From positions 19,654,001 through 19,718,000 of the forward strand of contig NC_087258.1 in assembly GCF_037042905.1 (NCBI RefSeq): 64,000 nucleotides of DNA. The letters run 5' to 3'. The notes under the pieces are model-generated. The model searched no databases. It had not been told where the DNA came from and worked only from the letters and a program-made list of their open reading frames with translations. Both the position numbers and the translations under genes were made by a program. Origin of the DNA: Lytechinus pictus (taxonomy: Eukaryota). This document shows positions 51,456 through 63,626 of the stretch, piece after piece (the first letter of the stretch is position 1; each line of letters starts with the position of its first letter).

Positions 51456-51602
51456 TAATAGCAATATTGACTGGCCTGGGGGCGAAAGGACATATATCGC
51501 CCTCACTAAATTGATATCATCCTCGTCTACGACTCGGGCGATATAAATCTAGTTTGGGCGATATATGTCGTATCGCCCCGAGGCCAGTCAATATTGCTTT
51601 AA
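51456..51602. mobile_element. Palindromic MITE
   Basis: AGCAATATTGACTGGCCT...AGGCCAGTCAATATTGCT. Confidence 0.65.
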
Positions 51603-52377
51603 TAACAAAGGCCTTTCTGTGACCTTAATCTTGCACTATTGGTGAACCTGCCACGTTTATTACTGATGTATATAAACTGTATGATGTTTATTGAATAATC
51701 CAAAAAATATACATTTTGAGATAACCATCAATAGTACAGAGAATGAATTAGCCTATAATGTAATTCATATCAGGAAACTAAAATGTTTTTGAAAGGAAAG
51801 TACTTGTTTTTGGCAACATAATTATTATGGTATGAATGTATAGAGTCGTGAATTTAGTGTGTTATAATTCAAGTGGGCCTCCCTATATTACAAGTCTACC
51901 CGACTCAGAATGTTGCATTGTACTGGCCAGATGTCAGTAGCTGAGGACTCGAGCTGGTGCGATTAAAGCTGCTGGTTCGTAAACTGCTTTAACTTGATCA
52001 GACATGTGGTTTGAATGCCCACTCTAAACAAATTACCATACTAAGCTCAGATAGCCGAAGCGTGGAATTACGCGAGTACTTAAAACCACCACTCAAAAAA
52101 ATAATGCCATATTAGGCTTACAAAGCCTTAGTATGGCATTAACTTGACCTGGGTCCCGTAACACAAAGGTTAGCGATTGATCGTACGCTTGATTTTTACG
52201 ATTGATTGTACATTGTAGTCAATGGAATCAATCGTAGAAAAATGTTCTACGATCATTGCTAAGCTTTGTGGTACAGGCCCCTGAAGTAGCATCATGTTTC
52301 ATCGAAAGAAAAGCTTACCAGGAGTGGAATTCTTGCCTAGCTGAGGTAGGTCCAAGTCCTCTCTATGACGGGATGTT

Positions 52378-52495
52378 TCATGATGGGGCAATCTTGAGAC
52401 GAACGTTGTATATTTGACCCATTGTGTGCTGTATCCGAGATACCACCTCGTCGACTGCCTCCTGCCACGGGCCAGATCCTTGCCGTTTCACCGAT
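52378..52495 (-). CDS. REV1: DNA repair protein REV1, last coding exon (end of the C-terminal domain)
   Basis: TTTCAG acceptor; (R)SVKRQGSGPWQEAVDEVVSRIQHTMGQIYNVRLKIAPS*; phase matches the previous exon. Confidence 0.85.
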
Positions 52496-54361
52496 CTGAA
52501 ATGGATAGGCAAACTGACAACTTGATCTTTATTATATTTCAATTACATTTTTATTTATACTTTCCTTACAATACATAAGTACAAATCAATATGAGCATAC
52601 AATAATTTTGTTATACATTTTTCATAGTAATGTATATAACAAAAAGTACAGGAATGTTGTGTAATAAAGAATATGTAAAAATAAACAATCACCTTACAAA
52701 GGTACCCCTTGCAAAGTCTGAACTCGATCAAAATCACACATTATCGCATGTGAATGAATATCCTCTAGCAAACATCACTTGTCCTCTGAGTGAGGCACGC
52801 TTTGGTCTCTTAGGCCATGGGGTATCATGTGTGTAGGGTCTATACACTGGTGAATGGGGTTCAAACACATAGTCATGGCAAAAAAAATATCACTCTTCCA
52901 GTTTCCCTTCATCATCACTGATTGGCACCAAATAATACACATAATCCAATGAAATGCCATTCATCCGGTGTGTGAGGAACAATAAGATGGAGGGGGGAAA
53001 ACAGATTTAAAAAAAAAAAAACTCAAGTCACCTACCTTTCTAAAGGCAGCTCTACCGACCCTAGATTTAATTTTCAAAATGGCTTTAGAATAACTCAATC
53101 TCTGATTTCACTGCCCAAAATATATTGGAAAATTAATATCACCAGACCACTCAGACATAGGCAGACAGAATCATACAGCTACATGTAACACAACTGCACA
53201 GTTTTCCTGCTCGAGGGCGAAAGTGACATTTGGTCATCACGTGTCTCTCGTCTTTAAGCGGTGCTATTATTATTGCATTCTGTTTTGCTTTGCTACATCC
53301 TTAGGGGACAAGATGGAGTAGCAGGAAATAGACCAGGTCGTCTACAAAATTTCCCCTAATATTGGTGTCTTGTGTTTCGCCATCACTTGAAGTCGATAAG
53401 TGCCTCGGTTCTTTCCCAATCCTCCAATTCCCACTCTCGTTCTCTCTCTCCCACTTGTCCTCATTTAATTAGTCAGCATTCATGTTCTTTTCTTCTCTCT
53501 CATCCCATCTTGTTTTATAGACATATCGGTTTGCTATTTTTGTCTCTTTCTCTTTTCCCACTCTCTCTTTTTTAACATTTTCTTCCCTTTGTTTATATTT
53601 TGCCTGAAACAAATCACACGATTTCAAATTTGTATTGATTGATATTTTTAAAGCATAATCATAGGCACTGTTCTTCAAGAAATATACAAATCAAAACATT
53701 TTTCTTACGTTTCCAGACAAACCCCCCTAAACTTGTTCTAATCAATCCCTAATGTTGTTAACTATCGGTCTCCCTCACTCTTTTTTTTCTTTACTCTGTA
53801 TATGTGTAAGAATTACAATTTTATTACCTCTCTCTCTCTCTTTGTCTAACTCCTTCCCCTTATTTGTCTTCTTCCCATTGTACTTCTCACTTTTCTTCTT
53901 CTTTCTCCCTTCCTCCTTTTTTGTTTTGTTTTTGTTCCCCCTTTCCTTCCTCTTTTCTTTTCTTTCCTCCTTTCTCAAAAAATCTTTTTCATTCCCTCTT
54001 CTTTCTTAAATTCATTGTTTTTATTTCCCTTTTTTCTCTATATTTTCTTTTTCTTCCCCCTTCATTCTTTTTCTTCTTTCATCTTTTTTCCTCCTTTTCT
54101 TCTTCCCACTTCCTCAATCTATTTCTTCTTTCTCCTTCCTCTTTCTTATTCTATCCCCTTTTCTCCTCCTTCTTTCATAATTTTCTTCTTCATTGACTAT
54201 CATCATCACCATCATCATTCAGTATTACAATTCAGCATACAAAGCAAACCCAAGCGCTTTCAATAAAGAAAAAGATTAATGAATGCCGACTGTTCATGAT
54301 AAAGCTGCCTTGACAATAGAAAAAATAAAACAAATAGTTAACTACTAGTCTTGCTGCCCTG

Positions 54362-54516
54362 GGGCCTGTTTCATAAAGAGTTACAACTGTTGTAACTTTA
54401 CCATTATGGCAACTACCATGGTAACCTTGATTTTGATTGGCTGCTGAGCCCTGTTGCCATGGTAGTTGCCATAATGGCAAATTTACAACAGTTGTAACTC
54501 TTCATGAAATGGGCCC
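54362..54516. mobile_element. Harbinger-like palindromic MITE
   Basis: CTG-GGGCCTGTTTCATAAAGAGTTACAAC...GTTGTAACTCTTCATGAAATGGGCCC-CTG. Confidence 0.7.
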
Positions 54517-54549
54517 CTGATCTTCCAATGAAAAATATATATTTCTTAC

Positions 54550-54652
54550 CTAAAGAGACTTCTCATGACATGGTCGACCATTTCCAGGTTCCTGTCCAAG
54601 ATCAGCTCCCTCAAATACTGAACTATGAATCCTATATCCTCATCCACTGGAT
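54550..54652 (-). CDS. REV1: REV1 C-terminal domain exon
   Basis: DPVDEDIGFIVQYLRELILDRNLEMVDHVMRSLFR resembles vertebrate DPMEEDILQVVKYCTDLIEEKDLE; AG/GT boundaries in phase. Confidence 0.88.
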
Positions 54653-55153
54653 CTAAAAATAGGAGAGAAAAAAAAGAGGAAAATCCATCAATAACAGCAA
54701 GGACAGGTAAAGGGACCCATTTTCACAATACACATCCTGACATGTTACAATTGATATGGTCCTAAATAAGATCAGCTCCCTCAAATACTGAACTATGAAT
54801 CCTACATCTTCATCCATTGGATCTAAAAATAGGAGAAAAAAAAAGAGAAAATCCATCAATAACAGCAAGGACAGGTAAAGGGACCCATTTTCACAATACA
54901 CATCCTGACAAGTTACAATTGATATGGTCCTAAATAAGATCAGCTCCCACAAATAATGAACAATGAATCATATATCTTCATCCACTGGATCTAAAAATAG
55001 GAGAGAGAAAATCCATCAATAACAGCAAGAACAGGTAAAGGGACCCATTTTCACAATACACATCCTGACATGTTACAATTGATATTGTCCTAAATACGAT
55101 CAGCTCCCTCAAATAATGAACTATGAATCCTATATCTTCATCCACTGGATCTA
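54600..55153 (-). repeat. ~160-170-bp tandem repeat containing the splice acceptor and 5' half of a REV1 exon (about 3.3 units)
   Basis: GATCAGCTCCC recurs at about 54600, 54770, 54938 and 55099. Confidence 0.9.
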
Positions 55154-55183
55154 TCATAAAAAGAAAAGATAGTGCATCAATGT

Positions 55184-55475
55184 GGAGTGTTGTGGCCCAG
55201 TGGATTAGTCTTCTGACTTTGAAACAGAGGGTCGTGGGTTCGAATCCCAGCCATGGCCTAATTTCCTTCAGCAAGAAGTTCATCCACATTGTGCTGCACT
55301 CAAGCCAGGTGAGGTAAATGGGTACCCCGCAGGATTAATTCCTTGAATGCATGAGCGCTGAAACGCAGCTCCAGCTAAAGCCGGGGTAATAACAATACAA
55401 ATAATAATAAACGCGCCTCGGAATAGAATATTTCTTGATAGATGGTGCTATATTAATGCCTATTATTATTATAAA
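55184..55475 (+). mobile_element. tRNA-derived SINE (same family as 538-812)
   Basis: A/B boxes GTGGCCCAGTGG / GGTTCGAATCCC, shared core, (TAT)n tail. Confidence 0.8.
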
Positions 55476-55649
55476 TAATAGCTCTTTTCTTTATTCATCT
55501 CTTTATTTTTTGTGGAGCATTCCTGAGGCCCATGGTATAAAAGTTAAACTTTGCCATCCCATGGTAACTTCCCTGAAATCCTTGATTCTGATTGGCTGCT
55601 TAGCATTGTTACCATGGTAGTTACCATTAGATGGCAAATTTACTATACT

Positions 55650-56362
55650 TTAACCCTATCTAGGCCTCGGAGGCCCCCCCTCAACGAGTCGCGCAAATTT
55701 TTTTTACCGCGCTGCTCGTAGACATTTACTTTCAAGTCTTGCGCAACTTTTGAGACCAATTTTGTGTCACCTGTGTTCACCGTTCCGAAATTACGCAACG
55801 TCAGGTAAGTGCATGTCAGACCAAAAATTGCTCAAAAACGTGATTTCGTGTACAAAGTCAATGTAAATTGTGTTTTCAACCAAAAATCATAAATGTATGA
55901 TTATTTTTAGTTTTGCTGGTCTAAATGTATGTATTTAATGCTGTTTATGATCTTAGAAGAGTCCCCAACGAATTTCATTGAAAAAACAAGAAATACATAA
56001 GAAATTGCAAAAAACAGTATAATACATAAGAAATTGATCTGATATCACAATTTTTTTCATGTAAACTTACTCAGAACACCACAAAGAGTTTCTATGCCAA
56101 AAATTAGAACATTTGGAGCTATATTTATTTAAAGGAAAAAGTATGATTTCGCATACTAATTACGCATAAAGTAGCATAATTACTTAATAACAATTCGCAT
56201 GAAATAAATTACTATACACTTTTGTAGATTATATCCCAGACAACCTGCGTGCCAATTTTCGGCGCGATCGCGCGGTCGAAATCTCAAGGGGGGCCTTAGA
56301 GGCCCCCCCCCCCCCCCCCGGCCATATGAACTCCCAAAATACCCCGGCCTAGATAGGGTTAA
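55650..56362. mobile_element. piggyBac-type MITE
   Basis: TTAA-CCCTATCTAGGCC ... GGCCTAGATAGGG-TTAA; relatives at 59811-59980 and 62847-63626. Confidence 0.85.
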
Positions 56363-56483
56363 ATGGTAGCAACTGGGACCTGGCTAAAATTGTGTTGCTG
56401 CCTCGTAAGAGGGATGAAAATTCCTCTCAGATCTCATCTTCAATATTCCACAAGAAACAACATAATACCTCTTATTTGATTAA

Positions 56484-56760
56484 GGGTCGTGTGGTCCAGT
56501 GGTTAGAGCATTGGACTCATAATCGCAAGGTTGTGAGTTCGAATCCCAACTCTGCCATTGTCTCCACTTTGATAAAAAGGCCCGAGAGTGATATCTGTCG
56601 TCTATAACGTCAGCCACTATGACTGATTAACCTAGACGTAAAATGTTTCCTAGGTAATTGGTTATATACCAGCTTGGCGTTTACCAGCAAAAATGCTGTC
56701 CTGCCGAGTTCCTACGGGAGTTACCATAAACAGAAAACAGAAAACAGAAAAAACAGAACA
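56484..56760 (+). mobile_element. tRNA-derived SINE with (ACAGAAA)n tail
   Basis: Head GTGGTCCAGTGGTTAGAGC...GAGTTCGAATCCC, unique body, tandem tail. Confidence 0.7.
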
Positions 56761-56933
56761 ACTTTCCATCAATTACCGTTGGTTGATACTATCCATTCCT
56801 GCAAAAGTACTTTAACATCCCATAGCTCCACATCCCCACAAAGACTGACTTCTACATATTCAAAACTTATCCCCTCATCCTCTTGTCATTCTAACCTTTT
56901 TATCTGATCAAGAAACAACTTTCTGTCACTTAC

Positions 56934-57244
56934 CGCTGGTTGATGCTATCCATTCCTTCAGAAGTACTTTCACATCCCATAATTCCACGGCACCACAAAG
57001 ATTGACTTCCGAATCTTCAATATTTCTCTCCACTTTCTCCTCCTCCATCCTATTCTCATCTTTGAGATTCCTCTCTTCATTCATTTGAGGCCGAGGACCG
57101 CTGTTGCTAGGCGACATTGCCTCCTGTCGCTGATCTTCGGCTGATGGCTTGGGCGGAGTCTGGTTTCGAGTTATCATCTGTTGGATGTCCATCTGCCCTC
57201 GAGGTCGCTTGGGGTTGTTAGCTTTGCCAAAAGGACTTCCTTTC
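56934..57244 (-). CDS. REV1: REV1 exon (linker plus start of the C-terminal domain)
   Basis: ...VNLCGAVELWDVKVLLKEWIASTS resembles vertebrate NLAGAVEFNDVKTLLREWITT; boundaries in phase. Confidence 0.88.
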
Positions 57245-57527
57245 CTGAAAATTTAAAGTACAGTACATTGTTTATTACAGAGTTTTGCCAAGACTGTCAC
57301 AAGAAAAATAAATTCTTAAACATTCAGGAATTTATTCTTCTGCTTCATGACCCTGATCCCTAATATGTCTTGTGTACAAAATCTACAAATCATGTCATAT
57401 AAAACAGACAGGTCCACCTCCAAACTTACAAGCAAAGATTAATCACAACTATAAATGGAAGCAATTTCAGGGATTTATAGAGGGTTTTTGTACACATGAA
57501 AAAAACAAGATACTAGGAATATCTTAC

Positions 57528-57733
57528 TTTGGCCTTCCCCTTTTCCTGATCTTGAAAGGGCTCTTGGCCGGGCTGGGCTTAGCAGGTGATCTGTTCTGGG
57601 ATCTAGTTTCTATCTTCCCGACTTCTCTTTCTGGCTCTGGTTCGGGCCGACCAGTTGCCTGCTTCCCACGATAAGCGGATCTAAGCTCCTCTTGAAGATC
57701 GGCAGGGAGAGCCTCGAGACATGACGGATCAAT
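57528..57733 (-). CDS. REV1: REV1 exon with ubiquitin-binding motif (UBM2)
   Basis: IDPSCLEALPADLQEELRSAY...SPAKSPFKIRKRGRPK. Confidence 0.9.
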
Positions 57734-59454
57734 CTGAACGAAGAGATATTTCATGTTTGAAGGTTTGCATGGCAGTATGGACATTCTTGGAAGTGGATAG
57801 TCACATGCAGACCTGCCAACCTCTGGGAATGAAAAACTGTATTCTGTGATTTAAAAAAATTAATTTTTCCCCCAAAAAGTGTATTTCATAATAAAATGCT
57901 TGGCGCACTCGCTCATCGCGGCGCTCAAGCTGCATGCAAGCTAAAATGCGCACTGCTCTTCCAGATGAAAAAAAACCATTAAAACATGTGTATATCTTCA
58001 CCCTGGTTTGAACAAAATGATTGAAAAAAAAAACAAGTTACCTGAAATTACATTGATCTAATAACCATATTTGTGCATGTTTTATGAAATAGAGACATAT
58101 AGAGATTATTTATCTCAATAAATTACGATTTAGTAAAAAAAAAAAAAAACGTACTAAAAACAGCTAAAGGTCTGGCAGGTCTGCATATGGATAGTCCTAG
58201 AAATGTCAAGTCTTCTCTCATGCTCCTGCTCTACAACTCCATTTGCTGACTCACGCCAGTCTTCTCTCATCTCTCCGACTACTACTGCTTCTCAACTCTT
58301 CCTGGTTCACAGTCCTTTCAAGGGCGACACTCCTTTCTGAAAGATACTTTACTTTCTATAAAACCCCCACTTCTTAGCTTCTCCGTTTCACTTCTACCTT
58401 TATCTACTTTTCTTCGTCCTTTTTAGGATATTCACATGGTGTACCATAAACCACTTGGATGATGGGGAAGTTGAAAAGTGAGGTCGGTCTCATATAAACT
58501 CACACGTATCGGTCACACATACTAGTCTCACATATATACACCCCCATACTGGTATGCACAAGAGAAGGAAATCTGAAAGAAGTCAATTACACATCCATCA
58601 ATCCATCCATACATACACCCTTACTCAAAGGTACTCTTAAAATGCACTTCCTCCTCCCTTTCTAAAAATTCCTCATCTTAAAGACTTCATCCACAATTCA
58701 GAATCAACGACTATAAGAACCTACAAGTCAGCTTAAAGAGACTTTGTTACATTGTTTGACAAAGCAGATTCTAAGCTCGACCTGATAACTCTGTCAAAAT
58801 CATCAATAGCCAACACAAGTTAATTCAATGCAGAAGAAAATGTCGGAAGCTCACCCAAGAATGAGAAATGCATACATGCAAGTCCAGTGCCCCATTTTTC
58901 AAAGAGTTGCGATTGATCCTTTCAACCTCAACTATATGGAAATCCATCAATGTAATAATTTTTCCAACAGGAAATTTTGTACAATGTCCTTTGTAAACAA
59001 GGGAGAGCACTCTGAATTGTCAAGACAAGGGATGGATTTATGAGTATACATACTTTCTAGAAAACAAATTGAAGAAATATGCATTTCAGGGCCCCGTGAT
59101 CCAATCAATCATATCTCTATGGAAATCCATCAATGTCATGATTTTTTTCTACAGGAAACTTGCACAATGTCCTTTGTAAACAAAGGAGAATAAACCAAAT
59201 TGTCACGAACTCAATGAATTTATGGATATACGTTCATATGTAGAGAATTATTTTAAGACAAACATGCAATTCATATGTTGACTTTGCTGGCCATCCATAG
59301 TTGCGAATGATCGGATCAATCGTAACTCTTTGTAAGATGGGACCCTAGGTATTGACCTTGATGTCTTTCCACAGTTGTTTGTTGAGTGGATCAATTGCAA
59401 CTCTTTGTATTAAAGATGGGACCATGTTGATAAGATGATCAGTGGGCTTATTAC

Positions 59455-59626
59455 CTGAGAGAATGATGGAAGAGCTTCGACCACACCCAGTGACGACATT
59501 CCCTGGTTGGGATCATCCTGGATCAGTTCTTCTAAGATATGCGGAGGCACAGACCCGATCACACCATGGTCCCACCTGCTCGAATCTGTGATGCCAGATG
59601 AAGTGCTGGGTTCAGATGCGTCTCTG
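59455..59626 (-). CDS. REV1: REV1 exon between the UBMs
   Basis: NAGNAG acceptor; ends ALPSFSQ before the UBM2 exon; phases 2/0 fit both neighbours. Confidence 0.82.
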
Positions 59627-59810
59627 CTGTAACAAAACATGAAGATCATCAGTTTTCAATTACTGCATATTATTAAATGGTAATCTGAAATCTATTTTAT
59701 AAAGTCGTTCCTTTACGAACAGCTCTTTGTATTGTCCTTGCCTCCTTGTCTTTCATTTCTTGGTGTATACATATTTGTGTCTTCTGTCATTCATTGCGCC
59801 TTGAGCACTC

Positions 59811-59980
59811 TTAACCCTATCTAGGCAGGGGGGGGGGACCATGCCCCCCTCAAAGATTCACGCAATATTTTCACGGCGAATTTTTTTTTGACCGTGCCGC
59901 TCACTATTACTTTCACGTCTCTGAGGCCCCCTACCCCGGCCATATGATCTCCCAAAATACCCCAGCCTAGATAGGGTTAA
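59811..59980. mobile_element. Internally deleted piggyBac-type MITE
   Basis: TTAACCCTATCTAGGC...GCCTAGATAGGGTTAA. Confidence 0.8.
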
Positions 59981-60059
59981 GAGCGGATATGGTGCATCAT
60001 ATACCAATCTATTTTATCATAGTGGGGGGGGGGGTGAATCAAGAAACACTAAAACCTAC

Positions 60060-60151
60060 CTTGCAGAATAACTTGGTTTCTGTCCCTTGTAGCTCTCCAG
60101 GATCTGCTCCTGTATATCTTTTGGAAGTTCTTGTAGTACTGACATATCAAT
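60060..60151 (-). CDS. REV1: REV1 exon with ubiquitin-binding motif (UBM1)
   Basis: IDMSVLQELPKDIQEQILESY; CAG/GTAGG boundaries. Confidence 0.85.
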
Positions 60152-60511
60152 CTGTTGAGGAACCAAAATAGATGGAAGAAAATGATAGAATTATGATAAG
60201 AAAAATATGCATATAATAATCTTGATTATGTAGAAAGCTCTTGTGAGCATCCCCCTCCCCCCAAAAAATAAAGGCACCACATATAGAAGGATCAAACCCT
60301 TGTACAAGTACATGTGACCTGCCATTCTGAAACATCAAAGTGGCCAGGGGATGTTCTTTATAAATACCCAAAATAGAAATATAGTCTTCAAAAAGCAAAA
60401 ATTAGAGACTAAGCTTATCTGAAAGAGCAATTCTTATTCATGTTGTCAAAATGTGAAGTTATAAGAGTACAACCCACTTTTCATCCCTTGAGCATAGATC
60501 GATTACAATAC

Positions 60512-60910
60512 CTGAGAAGGGGATGGAAGTGCTAAGTTATTTGAGAGGTGACTGGACTTCGGCCCTGCAGGACCTGGCATAAACGGCAGGGGAGGAAGAA
60601 CCGACTTCCGCTTCTTCCGTGGTGTCTTTGAAGGAGATTCTGCAGCATCCGTCTTCTCGGCAACCGCTTCGGCATCTGCCGGCCGCTTGGAGACGAAGTT
60701 CAGCATGGTCCTGACTTTGGATTTGGAACCCGATGGAGTGGAGGCTGCGGCCGCTGCCGAAGGGCTGGTGGACTGATCGGTGACTCTCTGAGGATCAGGG
60801 TCGGGTGCGGTGTGTGCAGGCTTGGGTTTCGTCATGAAAGCGGCAATGGATTTACTAGGCAGGCTTCCTGCTTGGGTAGATGAGCTGAGCTTACTCAACT
60901 GAATACCAAC
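60512..60910 (-). CDS. REV1: REV1 exon (end of little-finger domain plus linker)
   Basis: VGIQLSKL...LALPSPSQ; 133 codons, phase 0/0. Confidence 0.88.
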
Positions 60911-61417
60911 CTGGGGAAAACATAGCAAGTTAGAGAAATAGCAAGAATAATTTTTTATCCACAGCTTGAACCTGAGAACAATCTCAACGAGGTCACCAAT
61001 CAATGGCAAGTTGTCATTCACTGACAATATCTGTGAAATTCTTGATTCTGATCGGCAAAGAGGCACTACTATTATGGCACCTGACTGTGAATGATAATTT
61101 GCCTGTGATGAAAAATGTATGAAAATTGGTTAGAAAAAAAAAAATTTCAGTTCAGTTTGACTTTCCATGGCATTTACTTAATCTTTGATTTTCTCAATTA
61201 CCAACCTTTTTTTTACCTGATGTATGTAAAAACTACTTTCTTAACAAGCATGAACAATTTTTCTTTGTACCGCATTTTACCCCTATGAAATCTAGAGCTG
61301 AGAATTTGAAACAAGTGGTATTTATTTATCTATTTTATTTATTTTTTTTTGGAAAGGGGAAGGCGAGGGCAAGACAGTATACAAGCTTCAAAGACCATTC
61401 CTTTCTTTACAACTCAC

Positions 61418-61591
61418 CCCTCTCATGTCCACAGCTGGGACCTGCAATTCCTTCAGGAGTTTCTTGCTCTCCCTCTGCAGTACTTGGACATCGTCAGTGG
61501 CTTGGCCTAGGGTACAGGACCTAGCCTTGTCCTCGCATATGCCGTGTCCCATGAACTTTGAAGTTTCCTTTGGCGCATCGGGGTGGCGAAC
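61418..61591 (-). CDS. REV1: REV1 little-finger/PAD exon
   Basis: VRHPDAPKETSKFMGHGICEDKARSCTLGQATDD...DMRG, a diagnostic REV1 motif. Confidence 0.95.
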
Positions 61592-61931
61592 CTGACAGGG
61601 GCACAACCAAGGAACGGGGCATAAATAAAGCAGGGATTACTTGAGAACACACTGCCTCACACATGAACTGTATCACTGGATGAATTTGTCTTGAACTGAA
61701 AATGATTCATCTCCAGCCACATGACTTGAATTAGAAAAAGGGAAAGATAAGACAAAGAACAAGAACAATACCCCCCCCCCCCCAAAATAAAAGAAAAAAA
61801 GAAAAGAAAAGAGGAAACGATAAGGAGAAAGACATTGCTCTCAAGATTGGGAACGAGAGCATGAAAAAGAGAGAGACAGATGAAAATGATGAGTACAGGA
61901 AAGTGGAAGATATGAATGCGAGATCTGATAC

Positions 61932-62033
61932 CTTTAATTTGATAGTGATAGTCCGAGCAAGCATCTTGATAGCCGTAAGTCTCTTGTGGACCTCTGCTGC
62001 TAGCTCTGTGATAAACTTCTCAGAGTCGGCCTC
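61932..62033 (-). CDS. REV1: REV1 little-finger/PAD exon (upstream exons lie outside the window)
   Basis: EADSEKFITELAAEVHKRLTAIKMLARTITIKLK; 34 codons with AG/GT boundaries. Confidence 0.9.
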
Positions 62034-62846
62034 CTGTAATTAATGATAAACCAACACAGAATGTTCAACACTGTCTGAAACAATGTACAATTGATTGATT
62101 GAATTTATTCTTCTTCATTTCAAACAAATTTACAAAGTAAGTATTTAAGAACAAATCAGAGTATGAATAACAGAAATGCAAAAAGGGAACTCACTGGAAA
62201 GCATCGCTTGTTTATGTGAGTCCCCTGAATTAAATAACTGATTAAAATTTATCAAATACAAATAGAAATTAACAATATTCAATTGAAAAATACTAATGGG
62301 GTAAAGCTTTGTATGTTTATGCACTATATAAAACTTAATCATACCCATGGTATACAAGTAATATACAAAACAACGATTCAGATAGTGTTTATAAAATAAA
62401 TTAGACAAGACAAGACGGAATATTAATAACAGAAAAAAAACAAAGACAGTGAACAGAGGACAAGACAGGACAAAAGAGGACAGAGAAACCACAAAAAACA
62501 CTACAGAAAACAATCCAAAAGACCAAAACAGACAAAACAAACAAGAAAACGTATCATGGAAATCATAGAAAATGTATAAAAAATATTTATATACTTCACA
62601 TTGAACTCATAACCCAGCTTTAAAGGGCTTAGCTTTATTTTGTGGTTCTAACCCGCAACTTTGCCATAATCAGCATTTAGATAAATAATGATCAAATAAT
62701 AGCTCTGGATTTGTTTCGCTTGGTCTCTGATTCAAGTCCAGAATAAATATATAGTTTTTAATGTTTCCTACTGACAACTTATTCAAAATGGAGTTTGTTT
62801 GTTGTGTGTGTTTACATTTCCGACATTTAAACATTCGATTACACTT

Positions 62847-63626
62847 TTAACCCTAAAATGGCCGGGGGGGGGGGGGGGGTTGAATCAACCCCCCCCCCCT
62901 CAACATTTTCTGCGATCATTCCTCCGTGCGAAATTTTTTGACCGCGCCACTCGCAGAGTTTATACTTTTGAGACCAAATTTACGACGCCCGGGTACGCGG
63001 TTCCGAAATTACGCAACATTTTGTAAGTGCATGTCAGACCATAAATTGTTCCAAAACTTGATTTTGTGTACAAAGTCAATGCAAATTGAGTTTTCTCATC
63101 TTATTCATAAAGATATGATTATTTTTACTTTAAAGTGCTGAAAGCAATTGATTTTAGCATAATTATGCTTCAAAAAGGTTGTGCAATAAATCTGGTGAAA
63201 AAAACAAAGAAAAACAAAAGGTAGAAAAACAAAAGGTTGAAAAACAAAGAAATACATAAGAAATTCATAAAACAATAAAATACATAAGAAATTGATTTCC
63301 AAACCGAAGTTTTTTTCAATTGCCATTGTTAAGAATGCTACAAAGAATATTTTTACCAAAAATTAACATTCTAGGAGCTTTATTTAGTGAATTAGAGCAA
63401 AAAGTATGATTTATGCATAAATTAGCATAATTAATTCATATAAAATAAAATCTCATTATTTTGGAAAATTTTACCATACAGCCTTGTAGATTACATCGCA
63501 CACTACCACCGTGCAAATTTTTGCGGCGCTCGCGCGATTGGCGGCCGAGATCTCAGGGGGGGGGGTTGAATCAACCCCCCCCCGGCCACAGAACAGCCAA
63601 AAAAGCCCGGCCTAGGTTAGGGTTAA
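62847..63626. mobile_element. piggyBac-type MITE
   Basis: TTAA-CCCTAA...TTAGGG-TTAA; interior similar to 55650-56362. Confidence 0.8.

Noticed and set aside
53752-54266. Hydrophobic membrane-protein-like ORFs
   Set aside because: Polypyrimidine low-complexity tract inside a REV1 intron.
56484-56556. tRNA-Met gene (CAT anticodon-like loop)
   Set aside because: The acceptor and anticodon stems pair poorly and the sequence continues into a SINE body and tandem tail. The same applies to the tRNA-like heads at 538, 40702, 43308 and 55184.
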